Shown in pieces: positions 25,900 through 39,486 of a stretch of 64,000 bases of DNA. The position numbers and the translations under genes are program-made. The DNA is from Octopus sinensis. Taxonomy: Eukaryota. The notes beneath the pieces were generated by a model. That model saw nothing but the letters and a program-made list of their open reading frames with translations. It did no database searches and was not told the DNA's origin. The stretch is taken from assembly GCF_006345805.1 (NCBI RefSeq), contig NC_043014.1:36394001-36458000 (forward strand), given 5' to 3'. Numbering within the stretch: position 1 is the stretch's first letter; each line of letters starts with the position of its first letter.

Positions 25900-26800
25900 G
25901 CACATCGTTTTGCTGCCTCAGGCGGCTTTGTTGACGCTTTCCTCCTTTTTTGAAAGGGGAGGCGCGGTAATGGAGATCGAGAACTGAAAAGGTTAGATCC
26001 TCAGACTTGTCGTCCGAGGAGGATCTTGTTAAAAGTTTGAAAAAGATTGACGAGGCGATGGAGGCCAAGAACTCAAGGCGGTTAAAGATAAATGTGAGGA
26101 CGTATGCTTGGAAGAATTGAATCAATTCAAGGAAATCTTTGAAATTGAGGGGAACGATGTAAATGTGTCCCTTTCCAGTGAGACAACGGAACGAGTTAAA
26201 AGAAGAACCGTACTGTGCAGAACTTACGGTTTGTAATTGCAGCGAACACAGGTCGCAACCACAACACAGGTTGAAAAGGCATAGAGGAAGTGAAGGAAGT
26301 GAATATGGAAGGAAGTGAATTAACTTGCCAGAAGCAGAAGATATGCAACGGGGTAGGTGCGTTTTGCGTCGAAGGCTTGAGCCAGGTAGCATGGCGTGAC
26401 TCCCTTCAAAACGGGTGAAGTGGTCTTTCTAACCATTTACCTGCGAAGGCGTGCTTCTGGGGTAAGGGTAGAAGAGATCCCTCCTTAGGTGGGTGTAGCC
26501 TGGCTGGTTGCTGCCATCCCGTTGGAAATGGCAGATAAGATTGTGAGCTTCCAGGCCAAAAGTGTACCACAAAGAAATTGGCACTGGAAATGATAGTCCA
26601 GGCCGCCGTGGGAGATTCAGAGAAGATGGTAGAAACCATCACATTTGGAGAGGATATAAAGCTGAGAGTCTTAGTGGAGAGCAGGACTCACTGTTGCTTT
26701 AAATGCGGTCAAAAATGCACATAAAACAGGATACACTCCACCTGGCGCAAAGGAACCAACGAAAGAAACCGCACCTCCACCGCTTGCGATGTCATGTGTG
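25900..26800 (+). pseudogene. Tx1/L1 ORF1-like remnant with decayed zinc knuckle (unit B 52420-53260)
   Basis: MVETITFGEDIKLRVLVESRTHCCFKCGQ followed by a frameshifted HIKQD. Confidence 0.55.
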
Positions 26801-27079
26801 AGCAAAAAAGAACTGGAGAAGGAGGAAGATAATCAGGTGGCAGAAGAGAAACATGGATGGAATACGGCACCAAAGAAACTGAAGAATGGGAAAAGAAGAA
26901 ATCAAGGCGAAAATGTGAATTCTTACCCTAATCCCACCCTGCCCTACGCTGTCCCACCATCCTCCTGCAGTCACCAGCAGCAACTCAAAGAACAAGAACG
27001 ACTATTTCTTTATTGCCCACAGGGGCCAAACATAGAGGGGACGATACAAATGAGGGAGGAGTGGATAAAACGAATGATT

Positions 27080-28870
27080 TTAGAATAGATGAATAGTTAA
27101 AAATTTACGTTAAGAATTTTTATAAATAGGATGATACCAAACAATAACCATACAATGAAGTGGGGGACGGGTTTTGCTTCGACCCCGCAAGCCCCATGCC
27201 ACCATTGTAACCTTTTTGTATAATCTTATTGATATACTATGCGGATTCTTCATTCTCAACAAACTCGCTACAACCTTCCATCGTTTTCCGTATACATCAG
27301 GTGACAGGCATTTTATCTCCACCCTTATTTTTCTCTTAAGATGGTAGATGAGGAAATTAACCAGTCCAAGGCTGGAGATGAAGATGCCTCTCACGATTCT
27401 TTTCACGTGGGTCTTCCATACTACTTCTTTCGGTATAGCGACCACAATGAGAAAACGAGCCATGCCTTCTTTGTTAAAAGAGGAAGCAGGAACAATCTAT
27501 ATAATCGACTCGAAAGACAGTTGTACTCTTCCCAGCCTTGTCAGCTGGTGTACAAGGTAAACCCACATTTCGGAAATTTTGGGTCATTGCACAATCGCGT
27601 GCAGAACAGTTTCCCTGTCCTGCTCGCATCTTGGGCGCGCGGGTGCGCAAGGTGCGCCATGCTTTGCGAGTTTATCGCGAATTGGTAAGGCTCCTCAATA
27701 ACCCTGCCAGGCGGGGAATCTTTGGAAGTTATCCAGGGGTCCTGGCCCAAATGTCCTTCGGAACAGGCAGGCCAGTTGGCCATCATCAAAGCCTAGTCTT
27801 CCCCCACATCGTCGTCACACTGAACCTCAACCAACCCTCAATAAAAATACGAGGTGGAACCCCCTCCGCTGGCGTTGCCCATGTGACAGAGAAGCTTGAG
27901 TGCTTCACAACACTTCGCTTGCCAAGCACTCAACTTTCGTCTACACTTGACCCAAGGTCCTAGTTCACCCAAACTAGTAAGCTTAGTAAATAACAACCGA
28001 CCGGACGGAGACCACACCTGTTCACTATCCAGGTAGAGACACAGATTCCTCAGCATCAGCGCACGTCTGCGCATCAACAGCCAAGACATCCCTTGCCCAC
28101 CATTTAGCAGGTGCTGGCAGCAGACAGAGCGCTTTACAAGAGGACTTCGACTCCACAAAAAAAAAACGGAAGAGCAGCCCCTCTAAATTGATCAGCCACG
28201 AACGGGGGCAAGGCACGACGGTTAGGTGGTAGGTAATCACAGAAGCGATAAACACAACTGCGACCTAAAGCCGCCACTCAGACCTAATCTGAGTTAGCTG
28301 GATCACCCTGCTCGTCACCTCGCTCCAATTCTTTATCTGGAGATCTGGACAAACTAAACCCCTAGCATTTTAACCAGCCCCTCCGTCCAACGCCCTACGA
28401 CGTTATTGGGAGGTATCGTCTTGCCTTGCCAGGTGCCGAGTTGCAAGCCGACTGACTTATTCCAGTTAACTTTTGCTCCTGCCTCATAGCCTTTAATGGC
28501 GTTGCCTACCCTCTGTAGGTGTACCATTTCGGACACTATGATGGTGATGTCATTCGCATACGCCGAAACCTTCCCACTGCAACCTAGATCTCGTGGGACG
28601 CACTTTAATCTCTCCAACTTCCGCAGCAAGAACTCTAGAGCCAATACATACAGAAGTGGGGAGAGAGGACACCTTTGACGAACAGAGTGCTTGATGTTGA
28701 ACGGCTTCAAGAAGAACCCGTTCGCCCGAACGATGGAGTCAATGTTACTGTATAAAGCAATGATCCACCCTCTAAAGACGGGGCCGACCCCAAATGCTGT
28801 GAGGACCAACACCGGATACCGATGGTCAACCTTGTCAAAAGCTTTCGACTGGTTGAAATGGACCAGCACC
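27080..28870 (-). pseudogene. Tx1/L1-clade ORF2 remnant, RT to C-terminus (unit B 53550-55140)
   Basis: NQSKAFDKVDHRY, VRQRCPLSPLLY, SAYAND, and a C-terminal KEVVW...HLKRKIRVE..CLS...KRW. Confidence 0.88.
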
Positions 28871-30325
28871 CCACCCTTGCTAGGAAACTCGTTAACACGT
28901 GTTTTTACGCCAAACGGAATGTGCCGTTTATGGCGTTAGACCACGTGAATAAAGTGCTGGAAAGATTATGTCTTGATAAAATTGAAAAAGTCGACCATAT
29001 TAAGGCAAATTGCCCCCTTCTCGATAACCAAACACAAATGAGGGTGAGACAGGAGGAAAGCAGTAGCAACGAGAAGCTGAAGGAAGATACAGAGGAGGAA
29101 AATACAGATGAAGTCCAAGAAACACTACGGGAAAAGTCTCCAAGAACTCCCCACCCTCTAAGAACGCTGAAAAAAGAAGACAAAGTAACTGAGTGACACA
29201 CAAACGCCCACACAGCGACTAACACACGAAAATATATACCAGACAGTCCAAATATATACCAATATTCCAGACTTGCGCGAGCCAACTTTTGATACCGAAT
29301 GTTCAGGTTGCGCGAGTTGTATTCTCGACTTGCGCTTGTTGAGAAAATGTTTATTATCCATGGTTGCATTGTATTGTCTGTTATCTTGTTATCTATTCAT
29401 CATTTCAAATATACATAAAGTAAAAATAATTGTGTTTGAGTAATTGATAACAGTATCTGGTACTCGACTATCGCGAATTTCGAATTGCGCGTCCCCCAAT
29501 TACTCGCGCAAGTCGAGGAATCCCTGTATACACCACCACGTACATACAGTCCAGTAACACCAATAAATTATTCACAAGCACTCACAAACACTTCACGTAG
29601 TGACGGTACAGATTCACTAAGTGATTACGCACGGGCAGGCATACAAGCAGACACAAGAAACACAAAACAATGATAAAAACAGAGCATTTATAACACACTA
29701 CTGGATGAATGCAGCCATAGAGGAAAAAATAGGGAAGATGACGGCAGTAATTAGAGATATAGAAGAAGAAAACATGAGAGACCCAGGTATGGGATGAATT
29801 TTAATTGACAGGAAAAACTATAAAAAATTAAAAGCAAACTGTGGGGACGAAGTAAACCCATTAGGGGTAGAAATAAGACACGATCCTCTGCCTCCTGTGT
29901 TGGATTTCGAAAAACTGAAACCGCTTTCCATTTGCTAAGATAATTATTCGGATAAACGTTGGATTAAAAATAGTGTAATATATAGCTAAAATGGTACTAC
30001 ACGGAAGTGGGTTGGAGGAGTAGCCATTAAATCTTCATTTTTATAGAATTTCATTTCATTCATCCGTTTATGTTGTTTGTCCCACTTGTGCTGTCTAGTC
30101 TGTCCTTGTTCGTCCCCTCTCTGTATGCCCTTGTAGGCAATAGAGAAACAAGGTCAGTCAGTAGTAGAGAAACATTTGGGGAGTTAAAGTTGTATCATTT
30201 GCTGGCGTTATATTGTTGTTTAATTGTTGTAGTGTTCCTTGAACACTTAAGTTTGTGCTGTCTTGCGGCATTTTATATGTGATTTCCCTCCTCATAGAAG
30301 AAGGTAGACTGAATAAAAAGAAAAT

Positions 30326-31097
30326 ATGTCAGAAGAGGAAGATATCAGCTACTCAGAGCTGTCCTCGTCGGAACAGTCGGAGCAATCGTCGTCGTCAGAG
30401 ATTTCGTGGAGTACAATAGAGAAACTGAACGAAGAACGGATAACAGAGAAGAAAAACTTCGCAGAAATCGCAAAGTGTAAGGAATATCAAATCGGATGGG
30501 GAAAATGGAGAAATTACATGACAATGATGGGTCACGAAGGATTTAATGTGGAATTGAACCGCCTCAGAAGAAATGGTTAAAAATAGGAAGGAATGTACAA
30601 TTATATACAAGACGCATTCCGTAGATGCTGGGAAGATAGACATAATGACTACTTACAGAATAGAGAAGGCACTAAGGCCAATCTGGCAAGAGATAACGTA
30701 TCTTACCTGGGGCAAGTATGGAAATGTAGAGGTGAGATTTAAAGAGGCAGAAAAGGCAAGGGAGATCGCGGCAACCATTATAAAGAGTGATGAAGTGATA
30801 CTATTATATATGTACCATAGAAGGCGTGCTTTAAAAGTTAGCGTAGAGGGAATCCCACCAGAAGTTGACGTGGTCTGGATAGCAGCCCCTGTCCTACATG
30901 GAAATGAGAAAGAGATAGCGGTTCTCCAGGCCACAACGACGGAAAGTAGGCATTGCGAAGGCCAAACCTTAAACACGGTCATTCAAGCGCCAAAGAAAAC
31001 TATTGAGAAAATGCCAGAAACGATAACGATAGATGATGTAATAATGGCCCGATTTCAATCAAATTTTCAACATAGTAAAGTGGAAGCGGATTTGTAA
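30326..31097 (+). pseudogene. Tx1/L1 ORF1-like remnant (unit B 55682-56347, with internal deletion)
   Basis: Acidic Ser-rich N-terminus, then GNVEVRF..AEKAREIA and KVSVEGIPPEVD (RRM-like ORF1 style); broken by a frameshift. Confidence 0.55.
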
Positions 31098-32369
31098 TTT
31101 AAGCGTGGAAATGGGTTCAAAGTTTGAAAATTAAGGCAATATTTCTGAAGTTGAAAAAAAATTTCTCATTTTTACGTATTTTTGCTCTTTACTTTTTATT
31201 GTTTACAGTTTAGAGCTTTCATTTGCATGGCCAATCGTCGAAAACTTCACAAAATAAGTACTAAATTTAACAAAGAAATCCATTTTTTCCTTATTTTTAA
31301 TCACTCAAATAGTGACACGTACAAAAGGCATGTGTGCTTTCCGTTTTCACTGCCTGATATTTATGATTGATCTTTCAAAATATTTCCTTTCTCAACTTAC
31401 TCAAGATCTTTTGTTTTTTATAAATGGGAGAGAGATAGATAAAGAAAGATAGAGAGTGAGAGAAAGCGAGGAAGAGTCCGAGAGAAAGGAAGAGTAAGAG
31501 AGTGGGAAAGTGAGAGAGAAAAGAGAGAGAAACAAAGAGGGAGAATGTGGTGATAAGAAACAGAAAGGAGGCAACAGAAAGTAACACCACACCCTCACCC
31601 GCACGTATAGCGGGTCACCTTAAGCTAGTAACATATATTTTTGCGATTTATTTACTTTGTTTCTTTGTTCTATGTCCCCACAAAGAGACATAGAACAAAC
31701 GAAACAAATTAAAGACATCTTCGTTGGAGCAGAATACAGCTGAGTTTAGACAGCAAGAGAAAAGAGAACTACATGTCTGCATCCTGAAGGAATTTCTATG
31801 CGTTAAATAGCAGCTAAATCTCCCTGATGCCTATTCTATCGTACTAGTAAAAGAAAGTTTCATTCGACTATGAAGGCTTAGCTATAAAAGTAAAAATTCA
31901 AAAACACTAACATAATCTCTCTAATTATATCTTTTCATTTAAAAAGTATGAATAACTCTCGTTAATATAATTCAAACCATGTCTAAAGTAAAAGACAGGG
32001 TGTTTACGGAGGGAAAATCTTTGATCATAGGTCAAAGTTATCAGGAATGATCTTAAGATCAGCAACGTAATTCGACTGGTTCCAGCAATTTGACATAAGA
32101 AGAATACTTCACGAGAATGCTTCAGTTTGTCTGTCTGGCATACAATAGGTACTAGTTCATATTTCAGAGATGAGGAGCTTGCAGTAGAAAAATATAGAGC
32201 GTGGCAAGTCAACATAGAAATAAACAAGAACACATACTATAAACCAAAAATTTCAATACCGGTATAAAAGATTTATATTAAACAAAAGGAGAAAGATTGA
32301 ATGAATTTCAGTTCAGGATCAAAATTTGATCATACTTTTCGATTGTATATATATATATAATATATATAT

Positions 32370-32600
32370 ATATATATAGTTAATCCAAACATAAAAACAC
32401 AAAGAGAAAACACAACAACGCGAGGACGTGGAACAACTATAGTATTATTGGACGCTCAGGAAGGAAGGGAAGAAGGAGGGTTTAACGTTTCGGGCGGAGC
32501 TCTTCCTCTGAAATATAGGAGAAGGAAAGATCCAGGGAAGGGAGGACGGAGGAAAAAAATCGCCAACGGTACACACGCGGTCACATTTTGAATGATAAAC
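32370..32600 (-). repeat. Hammerhead-core dispersed repeat, decayed core (orthologous copy 58460-58680 retains CUGACGA)
   Basis: Same family as 2968-3170. Confidence 0.65.
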
Positions 32601-32715
32601 ATTTTGATTTCATTTCCAATTTGGAAAACAAAACTGCATTGAAAACTAAGATAAAAACATAAATATTATGTTTCTATATATTATTTTGTTTATAATTTTT
32701 AATTTTTATTTCTAG

Positions 32716-32748
32716 GTACTGAGCAGAAAGCAATCAGAGACAATGCAG
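32716..32748 (+). CDS. Gene A exon 4: 33-nt stalk (GTEQKAIRDNA)
   Basis: tttctAG|GTACTGAGCAGAAAGCAATCAGAGACAATGCAG|GTATCT, phase 1-1, identical in unit B. Confidence 0.65.
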
Positions 32749-33129
32749 GTATCTTTTATCTTCTAACTTTTGCTTCTTTCAGTTACTGGATGGTGGCCAT
32801 GCTGGGCTATTTTCTAATAGTCTTTGTCGTACTTATTCCCGAACTGATACGTTGTGGGCACGTAAACAAATCAACACTGGTTTTCCAGTGATGGTGGGGA
32901 ACAAACACTAATATACACATATATACATACATACATACACACGCTACACACACTCACACACACATACACACCGACAGCGCGCGCACACAAATATATACAC
33001 GACATTCTTGGGTCAAGCATAGACCTATGCAGGGTATCTGACACCTAGTGTGACATCAGGCGCTCACACCTCTGTCAGCAGGGTATTGGTCTTAGTGGAC
33101 GTTGTACCGAGACCATCTACACACAATTG

Positions 33130-33520
33130 GTGGAGAGTAAAAGTGACAACATCCTCTAGGAATCTCTGAGTGTCAATGAAGGCCAACTGCCTAGTCGTTT
33201 TCGAAGAAGATTTGCGCCGGGTTCCATTGATAATTTACAAAAATTCCTTGCCTGGCAGTGCTACAGAATAACATTGCCGATTCGTAATAAAATGAACCGG
33301 CATGATATTCCCCTCAGCTGCGCTTGCCCTTGATGCACATTGCATGTGAAAGATGATGCGATTAATGAGAAAGAGACCAAACCTTCATTGACGTTTCAAG
33401 TTTAAAAGAAAAGTGAGCGTGGAGTGCAAGGTCCTTCCTCCCAGTAAAACTGTTACACCGTGGATGAATATAGCAAGAATGGCTCGAGTGAATTGTCGTA
33501 ACCTAAGCGTGCCCATGTAG
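33130..33520 (+). mobile_element. Tx1/L1 3' fragment (unit B ~59190-59730)
   Basis: FAPGSIDNLQKFLAWQCYRITLPIRNK and KVLPPSK...WMNIARM. Confidence 0.6.
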
Positions 33521-33971
33521 TTACAGAAGCATGGAGGAGAGAGAAACACAACAGTATTCCTGGTAACAGGGTGACTCAGGATTACTTGGTTACTGTGAGG
33601 TTACTTGGTTACTGTGAGGTTACTTGGGTAGCGTTTCCCTTTTAATTGGGAATTTTGTTGTTTTGATTTTCTTCTGATTATTTATTGTTTACATGTGTTT
33701 ATGTAAATCTCCATTATCCCTGATTACTGTTTCTGAGGCTGCGAGCTGGTAGATTCATGAGCACGCCGTAACAAATGCTTGACGGCATTTTGTCCGGCTT
33801 TCTGCGTTAAAATGCCACCGAAGTTGACTTTACTTTTCATTCTTTCAGAGTCAATGAAATAAGCACCAATTGAATACTGGAGTTGATGTAATCGATGTCC
33901 ACCTTCACCAAAGTTTTTGGTCTTGTACCAAAATTAAAATGAAACGGGCTTTTTTTTTCTTTCTATTACAG

Positions 33972-34051
33972 ATAAATTATATGATGCAAATATTATTACT
34001 AAGATTTTGAAATTTGCAGCAACACTGCTTGTTATTGGCCATTTTCATTAA
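33972..34051 (+). CDS. Gene A exon 5: C-terminal GPI-signal-like tail DKLYDANIITKILKFAATLLVIGHFH*
   Basis: Strong polypyrimidine tract plus ttacAG. Phase 1 is the longest open frame, and it ends in a hydrophobic tail and TAA. The joined CDS is 798 nt, 265 aa. Confidence 0.7.
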
Positions 34052-34147
34052 GGATTTCGGAAAACAAGCCCCAGCAGAATCAAAAAGTGGTTAGTATTGT
34101 ATTTTTCATTTTCGTTCCTTTGATTTTGTTATTCTTCTATATAATAT

Positions 34148-34367
34148 ATTTCTTTACTACCCACAAGGGGCTAAACACAGAGGGGACAAAAAAGGACAGA
34201 TTAAGTCGATTACATCGACCCCGGTGCGTAACTGGTACTTAATTTATCGACGCCGAAAAGATGAAAGGCAAAGTCGATCTCGGTGGAATTTGAACTCAGA
34301 ACGTAACGGCAGACGAAATACGGCTACGCATTTCGCCCGCATGCTAACGTTTCTGCCAGCTCGCCGC
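34148..34367 (-). mobile_element. tRNA-derived SINE just downstream of the stop codon (unit B 60357-60590)
   Basis: Same family as 15366-15977. Confidence 0.8.
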
Positions 34368-35089
34368 CGTTCTTCTATATAATATTATTGATTAAGTTTG
34401 CGATTATGTCGCAGTGGAAATGGTATACCCCTCCCACGGGACAAATGGTATGATTCAGCCACTATAAAGTGCGACGACGTCAACCAGTACGGGTAGTCGT
34501 CTATCAGCCGTTGTAGAATCGTTGCACGAGTTCTCTGTTGGAGTTAAGTGTCAGTTAAGGGTTATATTCGAGTTCGAGTCAATAGTGATGGTAGGCGGCT
34601 CAAAGAGGCTGTTTTGCAGAGCTATCAGCAATAGCACGATAGACGAAGCGATGTATTACTACTCGGGTATAGAAGAGATAAACTGTATCCGATACCAGAA
34701 AATGGCCACTATAGTAGATACAAAAGCTACAGTCACAAGAGGCACCACACATTATAGATATGGAAAACACCACATCATAACAGCTTACTGCATTGGTTTT
34801 ATTCTAAACTCATCGTTATGGTCATTCTTCTTTAATATTTATATAAACATTCATCGAGCAAAAGCATTCGATTACTGAACATCCCATGTTTTCACGGGCG
34901 TAGATAATCTTGTTTACTTGTTTCAGTCATTGGACTGCGACCACGCTTGGCTACCAGCTTAAACTGTCGAACAAAGAGACCTCACTACCTATTTTTAAGT
35001 TTGATACTTATTCGATCATCACTTTTACCAAACCTCTAAATTATGGATCCGTATTTAAGCAACACCAGTCGTGAAGCGCTGGCTGAAGT

Positions 35090-35395
35090 TAAATACATAC
35101 GTACGTACATACATACATACATACATACATACATACATACATACATACATACATACATACATTCATATATACATACATTCATACATACATACATACATAC
35201 ATACATACATACATACATACATACATACATACATACATACATACATACATACATACATACATACATACATACATACATACATACATACATACATACATAC
35301 ATACATACATACATGCATACATGCATACATACATACATACATACATACATACATACATACATACATACATACATACATACATACATACATACACG
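35090..35395. repeat. (ATAC)n microsatellite
   Basis: Direct reading. Similar tracts occur at 16510-16710, 42190-42275 and 61320-61705. (TCTA)n occurs at 14600-14830 and 40790-40990, and long (TA)n occurs at many sites. Confidence 0.95.
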
Positions 35396-35699
35396 TATAA
35401 TTTCTTTCTAAGTTGGCAATGCTTTCTTTTTTACAGGTTATTTCGAAACTTCCAACCGAAAATTAACTCACGTTTTCTCCGGAAATAAATATTTGACTCC
35501 ATACTATATATTGTGTTCCTTCTGCAGTTAGTGCTTGTTGATTTCTGATATTAAAAACATACCTTAATGTGTGTTTGTGTGTATATGGGTACATATGTTC
35601 TGATACACATGAATCTAGAAAGATATAATAAAACAATTTTTCGCATATAAGTACACAATTTCTATCGTTTTGCAACAGCAACTATTTTCCCTAGGTTAG

Positions 35700-36850
35700 G
35701 GGAAGTATAAAGAGAAATGACATTGTTTTACGTTGACAGGTATAGTGTAGCGGAACTAAGATGGTATAGGAAAACGTGTAAAGTTTTTGAAAATTTTGGT
35801 CAATCAATCCCAATGGAATCAAATTACAGATCAGCTAACTTTATAGATGTAGCTTGCTTGAATGTAGGATTTTATGCAGCTTAGCATAAGCCAAACGTTA
35901 ATTTTAATGTTGATAGATTCTCAAATCATCCCTGTGCATTTATAATCTTTATTATTGATAGTTTCGCATATAATATCGAGCTGGTCTGCGTCGAATGCGG
36001 GTCATTATAAGGTAGCACTCGCTAGAGTGAAATATGTAGAAAAATTAGTTATATTCAAAGTAGTGAATCAGTTAACAGCCCTTCTTGCTTGAACACTTGA
36101 ATACTACAATTGGTAGACAAAGGTGTAGGTCTGGAGACGGAATAAATGAGGATATAATTAACAATAAGCGTGATTGGTGAAACACGTATGTATATATAGG
36201 ACATGTGCCCTACTATGAGAACCTAACTATTCGAACCCGCTACCTTGACTATAAGTAATAGCAAGAGAGGGGAATGATGGAAATTGAGGGATGTTAAGAA
36301 ATTATAAGGAGCGAAAATACTTAAGTAACGGAACTACAACTAGCAGCTGTATGAAAACATTAGGTAGTGGTGTAACGTATAAGCAAAACATTGCACACAG
36401 TAGGGAAAACAAGAATAGTAAAATCGGTAAAGGATTACGTCAGAAAAAATGATATATCCAGTATTTAAACTTGATGTATTCCCTCTGATTGCTTCCGCTT
36501 TCTTCGCTGCATTAGATAAACTCTTCAGTAAATCTATTAGATATCATAAAACATTTTAATAGACATATCGTTAATGTGTCTTACGCAACTACCCTATTAT
36601 AAGATATACCTCCAATGGAATAATAAAATCTTACTCAACAGTTCTTTTCTAATATTTATAATTGCAATGTAAATACTCTACAGGCTGCACATAGACCAGG
36701 AGTCGATGTATTGGTAGATAATGTGCGAGAGAATGGAAAGTATTTCAGATGTGACACCAACACAACTACTCAAGATATATCCGACGTTCGACTCAGTAGT
36801 GGTAATAGTAATAATGTTAACAATTACAGGAATAGTCCTTTCTACAATGG
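35700..36850 (+). pseudogene. Heavily decayed Penelope-like element (unit B ~62020-63200)
   Basis: KVFENFGQSIPMESNYRSANFIDV...HKPN...SNHP and YHKTFNRHIVNVSY are PLE RT/linker-like motifs. Confidence 0.6.
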
Positions 36851-37567
36851 GTTCAAGACCAAATCTTGTGGAAGGGGATAGTCGATTCTATCTAAGCCAG
36901 TTCTAAACTGGTTATTATTTTCTCGACCCCGAAACTGTGAAAGACAAATTCGAGATCGAAGATATTTGAACTTAGAAGGTAAAAGACAAGAAATGTCGAT
37001 AAACATTTGTTCCGTTGTTGTAACGATTGTGCCAACTCTCCGCATCAGCATTTACCGTATTAATGATGGTAGGAGCAGCATAATATTAGTTCTAGTTATT
37101 ATAATAAATGAAATTAATATCATGAAGATAGTAGTAAAAATAGTGAAAATATTTGTGATGCTAATAGTAATGCCAGTTATGACTAGAATAATGCAATAAA
37201 ATTGGCAACTTTAGAATTACGGATAAATATACACTGGTACTTCACCATCTCTCTCCTGCTCTCTCTCTCTCTCTTTCTCTCTCTGTCTTTCACCTTTGCT
37301 GTTTCCTACTCCTTCTCTCTCTCCCTCGCTCTCTCTTGCCCTTTTGCTGTTTCCTTCTCTCTCTTTCCTTTGTTCTTGTCTCTGGCTGGATAGCCATATA
37401 TCTCCTCTACAGCAGCACACCTATTTCTGCTCTCATTCTTGGTCTCTCTCTCTCACTGGGTAGCCATGGAGCTTCTCTATAGCAATACCCTATTTCTACT
37501 ACTCTATTTCTTTGTAAGACACTAACCTTTCATCATCAGATATCGGGCCACCTCCTCCAATGGTTCC

Positions 37568-37589
<22 letters not shown>

Positions 37590-37599
<10 letters not shown>

Positions 37600-37790
37600 A
37601 CCGTTGGCGGTTTTTTTTCCTCTATCTTCTCTTCTCTGGATCTTTCCTTCTCCAATGTTTCCGATGAAGAGCTCCGGTCGAAACTTTAAGCTCTCCTTCT
37701 TTCCTTCTTTCCTGAGCGTCCAATAATACTATATTTGTTCCACGTCCTCGCGTTGTTGTGTTTTTTTGTGCTTTCTTGTTTGGATTAACT
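37590..37790 (+). repeat. Hammerhead-core dispersed repeat, opposite orientation
   Basis: 37657-37690 reads GUUU-CCGAUGA-AGAGCUCCGGUC-GAAAC. Confidence 0.6.
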
Positions 37791-38133
37791 CTCTCTATAT
37801 ATATATATACAAATAAATAAATATATATATATATATATATATATGTATAAATAGAGGAATTTATCTCTTAATGTTTTATGCGAATTATTCTGTAGCCATG
37901 ATAAAACTCCGAGAAAAAAAGCAGGTTCAGAGTAACGATACAGAGAAAAGGCATATGGGAGTATACAAAGAGTAAACCACGTCTATATACGCACATACAA
38001 TTATGCACGCGCACACACACGCCTATATGCGACATACCCGCACACGTCTATACACTCACACACGCCATTAAGGAAACTATACTCTATGAAACATTTAGAG
38101 AAAATTAGAGACCTGATTATGCGCATAAGATGG

Positions 38134-38203
38134 AAGGTATTATCCATATAAATCAAATGGGGTGATTATAATCGCCCCATTTGATTTATATGGATAATAC
38201 CTT
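38134..38203. repeat. 70-bp near-perfect palindrome
   Basis: 29-bp perfect arms aaggtattatccatataaatcaaatgggg / ccccatttgatttatatggataatacctt around a self-complementary tgattataatcg centre. Confidence 0.95.
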
Positions 38204-38218
38204 ACTAAATTCTGGTAC

Positions 38219-38264
<46 letters not shown>

Positions 38265-38429
38265 GATAAAATTAGGGAGTATGGCTCCAAACTTACAGGG
38301 AAAAATTAGATTTAGGATTAAATCAAATTTCACAGTATAAATATATAAAATATGAATTAGAGATAAAACCACTATTAGGCAACTCAAACAGTTTGAGTTG
38401 CCTAATAGTGGTTTTATCTCTAATTCATA

Positions 38430-38502
<73 letters not shown>

Positions 38503-39486
38503 AATGTAAAAAAATACAAACTGGGACAAGAACATGAAACATTTAGAAGTCGATTATGATAACGATAGTCACTGTGGTTTGAACAATTAGCTTAAGGTCC
38601 ACTCCACTTCAATAGCGAAATTCTTTCCCAAGCCTTCGAACATTCTTTCAATCAACGTACCCTTCCCACTCCACTTCTTCCCTACCTACTATTCCTTTAA
38701 CCCTTCTCTTCCTACTATCTATCTTTGACGTCAATTCTTCTAACGATTTTTTAAAAATCACTCATTATCGTTTTGTTTACCATGTAGGCAGTCATTTGGA
38801 ATGAAACCATGTTGTCTTCGAAACATATGTCGAGAGTAAAGGAATTTTGCTAACATCTTCGTTCGACTCCATTCTTTCATTTATTCATATACAACACACA
38901 AATTTCTGCACATGAACCCGGAGTTTCTACCGTTGAACAGGTCGCTTCAACCGTGTTTCTGACGTGAATTTGCTACCCTGGTTTCGGTTCAACGAATTTT
39001 CCATGCTTACGATAAACATAGATAATTCATTCACCTATTTAAATATATATATATATATAAATATATATAAATTGTAGCCAACCTGCCGACTACTTTAATA
39101 TGCTTGTATATCCAACCAAATACAGTGTTGATCAGCAGGTAAATGACCTCTACGAAGCAACAAGAGTGAGTGGCAGAAATTTCAAAATTATGTTTGCAGG
39201 ACCGAACGGTCAGTGGGTAAGGTGATGATGGTTGACGGCTCAGGCTGGAGATAACTCTCGTTGTTGGCAAAGCAGTTGCCAGATTCAGCATCATTGACGT
39301 ATGTAACAATAATTCCTACAGATAAACCTGCTCGCTTACCGAATATATTTATGGTAGGAGGAATTGAGAACTTTCAAAGGATCCAGTGGAGGGGAACGCC
39401 AATCAGCTAAGCAGAGTTATGAGATATTCTGTTGAAGAAACAGTGAGCTTGTTGCTAAGCACAACGTCAGAATTCGAAGAGATGAA

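Noticed and set aside
25900-28870. Twin-priming inversion of a single L1/Tx1 element (ORF1 on +, ORF2 on -)
   Set aside because: The ORF1 piece lies beyond the 3' end of the minus-strand ORF2, not at its 5' side, so separate decayed insertions are a simpler explanation.
34522-34878. 118-aa ORF downstream of gene A as an additional exon or gene
   Set aside because: It has no recognisable domain, and the unit B counterpart is frameshifted and ends early (60746-60982).
35036-35411. Long ORFs of MYVC/HTYI repeats (also 16315-16738, 61261-61799, 14415-14921, 40553-41128)
   Set aside because: They are translations of (ATAC)n, (TCTA)n, (TA)n and (CA)n microsatellites with no stop codons in some frames; there is no coding evidence.
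36721-36906. Hydrophobic ORF VVVIVIMLTITGIVL as a possible transmembrane exon of the Ig gene (also 63041-63226)
   Set aside because: A homologous stretch occurs at 6432-6614 attached to a Penelope fragment, the hydrophobicity comes from (TAA/TAG)-rich simple sequence, and no convincing phase-compatible splice sites were seen.
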